Sequence record: NC_049850.1
DNA: 64,000 bases
Reading direction: 5' to 3' (one strand)
Both the position numbers and the translations under genes were made by a program. The notes under the pieces are model-generated. The model made no database searches. It saw only the letters and a program-made list of their open reading frames with translations, and was not told where the DNA came from. This document shows positions 27,451-35,295 of the stretch, one piece after another (position 1 is the stretch's first letter; each line of letters opens with the position of its first letter).

Positions 27451-27527
27451 GTCAAACCCTGTAGGTGCGTTGAAAGTGATACCAGTATGGGGGCGGGCCG
27501 CCGCCCCGTCAACAATACCCGAGTAAA

Positions 27528-27872
27528 TTAATCGGGTTTGTCGTCCTGCACTTGTGCGCCCGGCCGCGCCAGCTTTTCCAGCTTGGCAAGCAACGAAACC
27601 GCGTCCTTAACGTAGCAGGTGCACGCGGGCCGCTTCGCCTCATACTCGGCCACTGCCTGAGCATGCGCCGCCCGGTCTCCGTCCTTCACACGGCCGCCCG
27701 GCCCGCGCTTAGGGCCGCCCCCGAAAATCTGTTGAGCGTGTCGGTTGTGAACGGCAACCGCGCAGCTATAGGCGTGCATCGGATGCCGGATAACCGGGCC
27801 AAAGATCGCGAGCACGTCCCGCGCTAAATCGGCTTGCCCGTCGTCGTATGCTTGATTGTATGCGTCTTGCAT
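27528..27872 (-). CDS. hypothetical protein (114 aa)
   Basis: AAGGGG RBS. Confidence 0.65.
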   Translation of the reverse strand: MQDAYNQAYDDGQADLARDVLAIFGPVIRHPMHAYSCAVAVHNRHAQQIFGGGPKRGPGGRVKDGDRAAHAQAVAEYEAKRPACTCYVKDAVSLLAKLEKLARPGAQVQDDKPD

Positions 27873-27881
27873 GATGCCCCC

Positions 27882-28202
27882 TTATGCGCGGTATATGGAA
27901 ACGAAACCGGGCGTGCGGTCGCGGTCGTCGGCCGCGATGCCGATATGGTAGGCCCCGCGCGCCCCCTCTTTCATACCCTCGCCCACAGCAGCGGACACGG
28001 CGCGACGCGTGATACCGTTATCGATGCGTGCATGCGTGCAACCGTGCGCGACTACCGCGTATTGTACGGCGCGGGCCGCCAGCCAAGCGGCCGGGTGATT
28101 GCCGCTAATCTCGTACAGCAGACGGCCCCGGTACGTGACGCGTGCGGCACGGCCCCCGCGTGTGCCGTGCATTTCGTAGGTTTCAATGGTTGCGGTTTTC
28201 AT
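27882..28202 (-). CDS. hypothetical protein (106 aa), first gene of the leftward early arm
   Basis: AGGGG RBS; TTGTGC-N18-TATAAT promoter 28238-28267. Confidence 0.7.
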   Translation of the reverse strand: MKTATIETYEMHGTRGGRAARVTYRGRLLYEISGNHPAAWLAARAVQYAVVAHGCTHARIDNGITRRAVSAAVGEGMKEGARGAYHIGIAADDRDRTPGFVSIYRA

Positions 28203-28293
28203 GATGCGCCCCTATCGGTTTTGGTTTGGATGCACGCATTATATACAGGCGACGGGTGCGCGCACAATACCCCTAAAAAGTTTTTGGTTTTTG

Positions 28294-28699
28294 TTGACGC
28301 GGGCCCGGAACCGTGTAGAATGGGAACCGGTGAGCAACACGGGCAAACGCAGCCGCGACGCGGTGGGGAACCCGGAGCCCGGCCCCTGCCCGGTCGCGCA
28401 AACGTTTGCGCACGATGCACGGAATACCCGACAAAAACGCTAGGGTACTATTGACGCGACCGCGAATAGGGCGCACAATTCGATTCATGGTGAACGCGAC
28501 GCGGACACCGAACCCGGCCGATTCGGCCAATGTCGAAAAAAGTGAAAAAACTTGTTGACATGCTGCAAATCCGGGTTCATAATGCTTTCCATGGTGACGC
28601 GACAGCGACGCCCCAGCCCCGGACACGGGGTCATCCCGGGGCCCGCGACAGCGACACCCGCGAAAATCGCTTGACGTGCAGGGCCGGGGCCGCTATAGT
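28294..28699 (+). promoter_or_regulatory. four tandem rightward sigma70-type promoters
   Basis: TTGACG-16-TAGAAT (28294-28321), TTGACG-17-CACAAT (28451-28479, dyad 28423-28449), TTGACA-17-CATAAT (28555-28583), TTGACG-17-TATAGT (28671-28699). Confidence 0.75.
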
Positions 28700-28860
28700 G
28701 GCGTCACTGGGCCGAAACGGCTCAGGGCAGGGCGGGGGCCTATCCCGTCTGACGCACTGGAGCCCGTATTGACGATCAAGCACACGACCGCGCACAGCAG
28801 CACCAGCACGACCGTAGCACCCAGCGTCACCCGCGCTCGCGTCTTCTAACGCGACACATA

Positions 28861-28899
28861 GCCTCCCCACGCCCTGAATAAGGGATAGGGAGGCTTTTC
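28861..28899 (+). terminator. probable terminator GCCTCCC...GGGAGGC-TTTT
   Basis: 7-bp outer stem with T tract; long loop. Confidence 0.5.
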
Positions 28900-29001
28900 T
28901 TCGTCCATTTCCCCTTGACATCAAGTTGCTCAATTTTTAGGCAGTCCGAAAATCCCGGCAGGGCAGGGGAGGGCGCTTGCCCAGAAAACCGCCCTTCCCC
29001 A

Positions 29002-29393
29002 CAAAAACTTTTGAGGATTCCGAAATTCTTTCGAAGCACCCTTCCACAAGTTTTTCCTCGGGCAAAAAGTTTCGAAGCCAGTCAAAAACTTTGACCTCTA
29101 AAGCAAAAATAAAAAAGTTTGGACGCATTCAAAGGTTTTGTCAAAAGATTTTGGCGAAATAAAAAGATTTTAGAGAAGCCCATCTAAAAAGTTTCAAACT
29201 ACCAAAATCTTTTGAGTTGCCTCAAAACTTTAAATTTCCCACCTAAAGATTTTCAGTCCGCATCAAAAACTTTTGACGGATTTCAAAAACTTCAATACGC
29301 AGTCAAAATCTTTGGAACGCACCAAAAACTTTTGACGAGTTCAAAAACTTTTGACCGCACCGGTAAGTTTTACCTGTCTCAAAAAGTTTTTGG
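29002..29393. repeat. AT-rich array of about 18-20 near-palindromic units (consensus TCAAAAACTTTTGA), ~20-bp period
   Basis: units start at e.g. 29263, 29283, 29303, 29322, 29341; non-coding. Confidence 0.85.
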
Positions 29394-29497
29394 TGGCGGC
29401 GAAATAATTCGCAACACACTGTTACAATATTTTCGTTGGTACAAATATTTTTCCATGCTATAGTACGCGCACACCAACGGAAATAGGCGTACGAATC

Positions 29498-30469
29498 ATG
29501 AGCGGTATATACAAGATAAGCTTCAACGGCAACAACAAGCGCGACTGCTACATAGGGCAGGCGCAGGATTTCACTGCGCGTATGTACAACCACAGGCACC
29601 ATCTACGCCGGGGGACTCACTTTGCACCCAAGCTACAGCGGGCTTACGACGAGAACGGGCACGAGAACATGCGCGTCGAGATTCTTGAGTTGTGCGAAGT
29701 AGAAGTACTCACCCAGCGCGAGCAGCATTATCTTGATACCATTAAGCCGCGCTACAACCCCACGCTGATTGCATCAGAACCTCCCATGCGCGGAAAAGCG
29801 CATAGCGACGACGCTAAGCAAAGAATCAGCGACGCGGTGCGGAAGTTCAGCCACAAGCAAGAACTGGCGATTGTCAGCAGTCACATAGGGCTTGGATTCA
29901 GCACTACAACCATCGCACTTCAGTTCGGCTGCTCAGAGCCTACAATACGCACAATCCTGCGCAAGCACGGAATCGATACGGGGGCGTCTCGCAGGCCCAA
30001 AGGTAGAGCTAAGAAGGCAGGCCGTAAGGTCAAATTTGACGCGGCTCAGGAGCAGGCCATCGCGCGCAGCTACCAGTCGGGTAAAAGCACTGCTGAGGTG
30101 GCTCAAGAATTTGGCTGCTCCCAACCTACGGTGGTGAAGATGCTGGATAAACTAGGCATTGAGCGCAGGCGTGGCCAGTTCAACGAAACCGAACAACAGG
30201 ACATCGTTCGCCAGTACAAGAATGGCAAGACCACAGAGGACATTGCCGCACAGTATGGATGCAATCACTCCACCATCGGGGACGAGTTGCGCCGGGCTGG
30301 CGTCGAGTTGCGAGGCCGAGGCCGCAAGCGTTTGCTCACGGATAAGCAAGAACGTCAAGCCCTTGCGCTTCGTGACAAAGGCAGGTCAGTCAGTGAAGTG
30401 GCGGCCAAGTTTGGATGCAGTCCGCAGGCAATGCGCAACATTCTCAACAAACACCGGGAGTCCGCATGA
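29498..30469 (+). CDS. free-standing GIY-YIG endonuclease with NUMOD3-like motif and four HTH repeats (323 aa)
   Basis: SGIYKI...CYIGQAQDFTARMYNH...REQHYL...RYN; RGKAHSDDAKQRIS; four FGCS/YGCN HTH units. Confidence 0.9.
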   Translation: MSGIYKISFNGNNKRDCYIGQAQDFTARMYNHRHHLRRGTHFAPKLQRAYDENGHENMRVEILELCEVEVLTQREQHYLDTIKPRYNPTLIASEPPMRGKAHSDDAKQRISDAVRKFSHKQELAIVSSHIGLGFSTTTIALQFGCSEPTIRTILRKHGIDTGASRRPKGRAKKAGRKVKFDAAQEQAIARSYQSGKSTAEVAQEFGCSQPTVVKMLDKLGIERRRGQFNETEQQDIVRQYKNGKTTEDIAAQYGCNHSTIGDELRRAGVELRGRGRKRLLTDKQERQALALRDKGRSVSEVAAKFGCSPQAMRNILNKHRESA

Positions 30470-30765
30470 ACGTTATCATCCACGATCAAGATTTTCTTGA
30501 CTACCCGATCATGGTAGTCGACACCGAGCTTCTGGAGAACACGCTGGACCCTGAGACCACGGCGTTCGAGCGCGCGCAGGAGGCGCTGGCGCGCAAGGAG
30601 GTGGTGCTACTCGTCAAGCCCGAGCACATAGGACGCGTGTTGTCCAAAGTCCACAAACATGTGACAGCCGTCCATAACACGGTACAGCTTGAAGGGGACA
30701 CGGAAGCCCGGCTCCAGCGCGCGCTGGCCTCGGTTGGTCTCGATCTCCATAGCTCCACCTACTGA
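30466..30765 (+). CDS. hypothetical protein (99 aa, MNVIIHDQ...)
   Basis: ATGA overlap with endonuclease stop. Confidence 0.7.
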   Translation: MNVIIHDQDFLDYPIMVVDTELLENTLDPETTAFERAQEALARKEVVLLVKPEHIGRVLSKVHKHVTAVHNTVQLEGDTEARLQRALASVGLDLHSSTY

Positions 30766-30781
30766 CCACGACACCAAAAGA

Positions 30782-30818
30782 AAACCCCACATACCGAAAG
30801 GTATGTGGGGTTTATTTT
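30782..30818. terminator. bidirectional terminator AAACCCCACATACC-GAAA-GGTATGTGGGGTTT
   Basis: 14-bp perfect stem between convergent genes. Confidence 0.85.
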
Positions 30819-30957
30819 CGTCCGCGCAAAACAAAAAACCGAGCGCCGGGCCCGGTTCTTGATCAGTGCATGGACACCCATCTGATGACCATGACCGCGA
30901 CTACTGCGCACGCTACTGCTACTACTGCCAGAATGTCGTCGACGCGAGGCGGCATGT

Positions 30958-31287
30958 TCAGTGCCGGTCGAAGAACACGGGGTCCGTACAACCCTCTTCC
31001 AGCTTCTGTGCCACGTAGGCTTTGCCACGCCGCGTTGCCCCCACCACCTCCATGTTCTTGACTGCACCCTCCTGCACCAATTCGCGTGCGATGCGGGCCA
31101 CGGAACCCACGTCTCCGGCTGTCGCCACCACCATGCGCACTTGAAGCGGCACGGGCCGGAAGGGCGACGAGTATGGCAGATCGACGTTTCCGACGATCAG
31201 ATAGTTGACGATGTGGTCGCGGTAGTTCGTGCCCTTATAGACCGTGCCATCGCGGCCCACTCCGTCAAAACGATTGCTGATCAACAT
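30958..31287 (-). CDS. hypothetical protein (109 aa)
   Basis: AAGGAG RBS; GTAGTAAATA-class promoter upstream. Confidence 0.75.
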   Translation of the reverse strand: MLISNRFDGVGRDGTVYKGTNYRDHIVNYLIVGNVDLPYSSPFRPVPLQVRMVVATAGDVGSVARIARELVQEGAVKNMEVVGATRRGKAYVAQKLEEGCTDPVFFDRH

Positions 31288-31746
31288 GCTGCTCTCCTTC
31301 TCTATTCTCAGGTGAATGGTAGCCAGAATACTAACGTATTTACTACATCACGTCAACGCCAAAATAAAACCCCGGGAAGCCGAAGCCGCCCGGGGTTCTT
31401 ATCTACTTCTCGTCTCGATCAACCGCGCGGACGAATGTCCTGCGGTGACAAGCTGCGTCCGTGAACAGGTCGACGGTCGCTACGGACAATGCCCGCTTTC
31501 ATACGTTCTCCAAGAGGTGCACAGAGTTCAGTTTGAAGAGAGCCCCACGCTCGTTCAGGAGTCGGAACAATCGGTTAAACGCCGATGTTCGTGAGCGCGC
31601 GTCCACGCTCTCCCGCGTTTCAGTGCCGTCAATGACGACCATGAACTCGAACAGCTTATGCATCATGATGGGGCCTCCGTGGTGTTTACATTCTGTACTC
31701 TTTGAGTGGTTGAGGGGAGCTACTAACGAGTTGCAGTGTTACGCGC

Positions 31747-32487
31747 TCAGGCCGTCGCGTCTTCGTTGACCTGATCGATAACCATGCGCAGGTACGCAGG
31801 GTCATACGAGTACAGTTGCTTCCAGTACTCGATGGCTTGCTGCTTGTCGGCGCGGCTGATGCCAGCCTGCACCATCTTGTCGGCAAACGACTTGGGGATC
31901 GGGGCACGCACGATGGATGCGACCATCTTGTTGTCGACGACGACCGCGTTGTCCGATGCGTGGCTCACGACCTGCACCTTCTCCGCGTTGGCGGCGATGG
32001 CAAAGCCGTAGTCCATGTCGCCCGACTGGCTGACGTAGGCCACGAACTCGCCCGGCACAGCCGAGGCCGTCGTGATGTGGCGCAGACCCGGAACGTCGGT
32101 GCGCCGCTTCGTGCTCGCGTGGATCAGTTCGCTCAGGTCTTCGTTGCCGTGGCGTGCCAGATACGTGCCGCCCTTGCCGGTCTTCACTTCCCAGAGGCTG
32201 TCGTCAGCGTCCGAGGTCATGATGTTCGAGGAACCGACAACGCGGTAGCTGGCGCGCAGTTCTTGCGGGTCGACGACGCGGACTTCACGGTTCGCGCGCA
32301 TGAAGCCGACAGCAACGCCTGCGCGGACTTCACGGAACGAGTCTTCGACCGGGGCGGCCTTCGCCTCGAACTTCTCGGTCAGCGACGCACGCAGCGTCTC
32401 TTTGTTGAATTTGCCGGTGAACGCGATGACGACACGCGCCAGCTTCGGGCTCACGAGATCGTAGTCAGTAATCGAAACGGTTTGCAT
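31747..32487 (-). CDS. putative virion structural protein (246 aa)
   Basis: AAGGA RBS; AATTTAA motif upstream; position at end of morphogenesis module. Confidence 0.7.
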   Translation of the reverse strand: MQTVSITDYDLVSPKLARVVIAFTGKFNKETLRASLTEKFEAKAAPVEDSFREVRAGVAVGFMRANREVRVVDPQELRASYRVVGSSNIMTSDADDSLWEVKTGKGGTYLARHGNEDLSELIHASTKRRTDVPGLRHITTASAVPGEFVAYVSQSGDMDYGFAIAANAEKVQVVSHASDNAVVVDNKMVASIVRAPIPKSFADKMVQAGISRADKQQAIEYWKQLYSYDPAYLRMVIDQVNEDATA

Positions 32488-32565
32488 GATGCTATCCTTC
32501 TTGTGAAAGTATGGTGAGATTTTGCGAACCTCTTTGGAGTCCCGAAGAACTCACTGGGTATGCAA

Positions 32566-34296
32566 TTAAATTGCCTCTGGTGCCTTTTGTTTGGCTTCGT
32601 CCTGCTTGGCCACGGCTTCGATTGCTGCGTCCCACGCCTCTGCCGGAATGTCTCCGGAAGCCGCGTAGTCAGCCAGCGCTTCGATCAGGGAGTTGAGCGC
32701 TTCGACGTTCGACTCGGTGCCCGCACTCTTGTTCGTCAGCCCCTGACCGCTTTGGCCCGGGATGTCTATGTCGATCAGGCGAAGCGCGGCGGTCACGGTA
32801 GCGGACTGGCGTGCACCATCGACCCCGAGTTCGTCGATTTCACGCTTCAGCAGTTCGTGCCACTCTTGCTGTGACACCGGAACCCATTCGCACTTGAAGT
32901 ACCCCATGCCGGACTCTGCTTCGTCGAGACCCGCAAGTGCCGAGTGCGCTATTGTCCACAGCCGTTCCGGGCCCAGATATTGTAGGGCCATGAAGAGCAG
33001 GGCACCAACAGGACCCAGCTTCTCGATAGCTTCACGCATCGACGAGGATTGAAGCAGTTCGGCCATGATACGGGCGGCTGCGTCCTGACCACCTGATTGC
33101 TCGACTGCGGCTCGACGCAGTGCCGCGATCTTGCCGTTTGCGTCCGGCATATCGTGCATGATGGCCTTGGCCAGATTGCCTGAGTGAGCGCGAAGATGAC
33201 CTGCGGCGTTTACACGGTCCTCGGAGCCGGGGGCCGTGCCGCCATTGGCGATGAAGGCTTGTGCTTCTCGCGCGAGTCTCGTCATTGCGACGCCTGCGCG
33301 ATCACCACGTGGTGAATACGGTGCGGAAGCCGGGCCCGGCCCGTGAGTTGGGGTCGAGCCAGCAGGACGCGAAGGAGCGATGGTGGGTGCGGGTGTAGCA
33401 GGACGCGGATTCTCACGCTCGCGTTTCGTCTCTTTATCCTGAACGCCCACTCCGTGACCCTGACCGTACTCTTGCGCGTACTTGCTCTTCGGGTGCTCCT
33501 TGACATACCGCTGTCGCATTTCCGGGGTCATGAATTCCCACCACTCGTCCTTCGGATCGTAGGTGTCCGAATGCTGGGAGTTCGGGTGTGTCTCCGTGTA
33601 CTTCTGACGTTGCTCCGGCGTCATGTTCCCCCACCAGTCCTCACCTTTGGCCGTGACCAGAAGGCGTGCTACCGCTTGCATATTCGTACTCCCATTTTCG
33701 TCGTCGGTCTCCAGCCCGGAGCGAACACGCGAGCGCTTTACGGGTTTACGCTTTGGCACACGCGGCTTGTAGTCTGTCTTGGTGGTCTCAGCCAGCGCAA
33801 AGTCGCTGCCGTAGGCGCGCTTGCGGTCTTCGGCAGAGCGCCGCTGCTCCGGAGTCAACGATTTCCATTCCTTCTCCGGCATGTACACATAGGTGCTCTT
33901 GTCCTTCCAGTAGCCGTACGGTGAGAACTGCTGCTTCGAGTTCAACATAGCCTGCGTGTACTTGAACTTCACCTTTCGCTTGGAGCCATCCGTCAACTTG
34001 AACTCGGCACCACTGGGCAATCCATTCTTGTTGTAGAAGACTCGCTTAGGAGTACCGCCCAAAGCCTCGACAAACCAGCCCCGTATCTTGGAGCTAAGCG
34101 TCTCCACGGCCACGGGATCGTGTTCGTCGGACTCCAGTTCAACGTCGCGCTCGTCAGGTTTAGCCCCGGGATGAAATCCCTGCGCGTACTTGGAATGTGG
34201 GTGCTCCTTGAGATATTCGCGCTTCTGAAAATCAGAGAGCGAATCGAACCACGTGGCAGACTCTACCAGACGATGTTTCGCTGTGATAGTCGTCAT
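32566..34296 (-). CDS. hypothetical protein (576 aa) with three W-x5-(Q/M)-x3-Y-x3-HP-x-S repeats; possible internal head protein
   Basis: repeats and three AAxRL-like motifs visible in translation. Confidence 0.75.
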   Translation of the reverse strand: MTTITAKHRLVESATWFDSLSDFQKREYLKEHPHSKYAQGFHPGAKPDERDVELESDEHDPVAVETLSSKIRGWFVEALGGTPKRVFYNKNGLPSGAEFKLTDGSKRKVKFKYTQAMLNSKQQFSPYGYWKDKSTYVYMPEKEWKSLTPEQRRSAEDRKRAYGSDFALAETTKTDYKPRVPKRKPVKRSRVRSGLETDDENGSTNMQAVARLLVTAKGEDWWGNMTPEQRQKYTETHPNSQHSDTYDPKDEWWEFMTPEMRQRYVKEHPKSKYAQEYGQGHGVGVQDKETKRERENPRPATPAPTIAPSRPAGSTPTHGPGPASAPYSPRGDRAGVAMTRLAREAQAFIANGGTAPGSEDRVNAAGHLRAHSGNLAKAIMHDMPDANGKIAALRRAAVEQSGGQDAAARIMAELLQSSSMREAIEKLGPVGALLFMALQYLGPERLWTIAHSALAGLDEAESGMGYFKCEWVPVSQQEWHELLKREIDELGVDGARQSATVTAALRLIDIDIPGQSGQGLTNKSAGTESNVEALNSLIEALADYAASGDIPAEAWDAAIEAVAKQDEAKQKAPEAI

Positions 34297-34353
34297 TGTC
34301 TAATCCTTATGAAAAACAGGGCAACCTAATGCCCCGCTCCTTATTTACGAGGA

Positions 34354-34857
34354 TCAGTCGATTAGGTAATCGAATGCCCACGTGATGTTGAGAGTCACGA
34401 GGTTCGAGGCTGAGCCGTCGAGTTCTACGTCCGCAACCGAAGCGGGCCACAGGCCGACGACGGTGATGGTACGGCTCACTTCCGGCAGATCGTTGTACAC
34501 CACAAGCTGAGCCGTGCACTTGTAGGCGCTTGCAAACGAGCCGCTGTTGTTGAGCCACGAGCGCGTCATTTCGGACCACGCGTAGAACTGCGCACGCGTG
34601 TTCCAGTCGCTCGACTCCATGAACGTGGTGTTGAACGTGTGTTCGAAGGTCTTGCGGCCCGCGTACACGAGTTCGACGCCGTGCAGCGGGACGGTCACGC
34701 GGTCCATCGAGAAGCCGGGGAGCGCGGTGCTCATGCACTTCCACGTGAGGGCGCGCGTGTCGCTCGAACCCGGGATCGCAGGCAGGAACAGGTCAAAGTT
34801 CCACGACTGTGCCGGGTCAGCCACGGCCTGAACGTCATACAGGCTAGAACGTGCCAT
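34354..34857 (-). CDS. tail tube protein (T4 gp19-like, 167 aa)
   Basis: DPAQSWNFDL...YAGRKTF...LWPASVADVELD...LNITWAFDY pattern; downstream of sheath. Confidence 0.8.
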   Translation of the reverse strand: MARSSLYDVQAVADPAQSWNFDLFLPAIPGSSDTRALTWKCMSTALPGFSMDRVTVPLHGVELVYAGRKTFEHTFNTTFMESSDWNTRAQFYAWSEMTRSWLNNSGSFASAYKCTAQLVVYNDLPEVSRTITVVGLWPASVADVELDGSASNLVTLNITWAFDYLID

Positions 34858-34899
34858 AATTGTACTCCATGTTGAATTGGTTAGGTCTGCACGATAAAA

Positions 34900-35253
34900 T
34901 TAACCGCCAGAACCTACGGGCTGCACCGGACGATTCCACAGCGGATCGGGATCAAAACCACCAGACTGCCCAACGGGCAGCGGGGTATCGTCCACGGCAT
35001 CGTCGAACCCGGGGTTCGGTTTCATGTCGTGCTTGATCTGCGTGTTGTTGTACATGCTGTGGTTCAGGTCTTCGGCCACCAGTCGATGCGCTGCCTTTGT
35101 GGGCGCGCGTTTCTCTGGGGCCTCGTCGCTGGCATCGGTTTGCCTTTCGTTGAGATCGTTTTGGTTCTCCGGCCCGTACGAGCGCCCGGGAGCGATTGTG
35201 TCTCCCGGGATCGTAGATGTGGCCAGCAACCGGGCGGCTGCTTCGAGTTTCAT
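34900..35253 (-). CDS. hypothetical protein (117 aa) with two AAxRL motifs
   Basis: between sheath and tube; MKLEAAARLLATS. Confidence 0.7.
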   Translation of the reverse strand: MKLEAAARLLATSTIPGDTIAPGRSYGPENQNDLNERQTDASDEAPEKRAPTKAAHRLVAEDLNHSMYNNTQIKHDMKPNPGFDDAVDDTPLPVGQSGGFDPDPLWNRPVQPVGSGG

Positions 35254-35295
35254 TCGGTGTCCTATTCAAAAACGGGGGCCAAGTGCCCCCGTTGC

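Noticed and set aside
1-28200. Apparent excess of GGGCCC/CCCGGG hexamers in the early arm
   Set aside because: Noticeable by eye but cannot be separated from GC content without a k-mer count
1881-28479. Recurring GTCAACAATA(A)CCC repeats as a CRISPR-like array
   Set aside because: Copies are hundreds to thousands of bp apart, each flanks a gene and contains a -35 box; no cas gene in the window
28530-28772. 80-aa plus-strand ORF (MSKKVKKL...)
   Set aside because: Runs through two promoter sequences, lacks an RBS and has no protein-like pattern
29002-29393. AT-rich array as a CRISPR or mini-array
   Set aside because: Units are about 14 bp with only about 6 bp between them and are degenerate; no spacer-sized unique sequence
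29498-30469. GIY-YIG gene as part of a group I intron
   Set aside because: No interrupted host gene on either side and no intron core seen; it has its own promoter-like sequence
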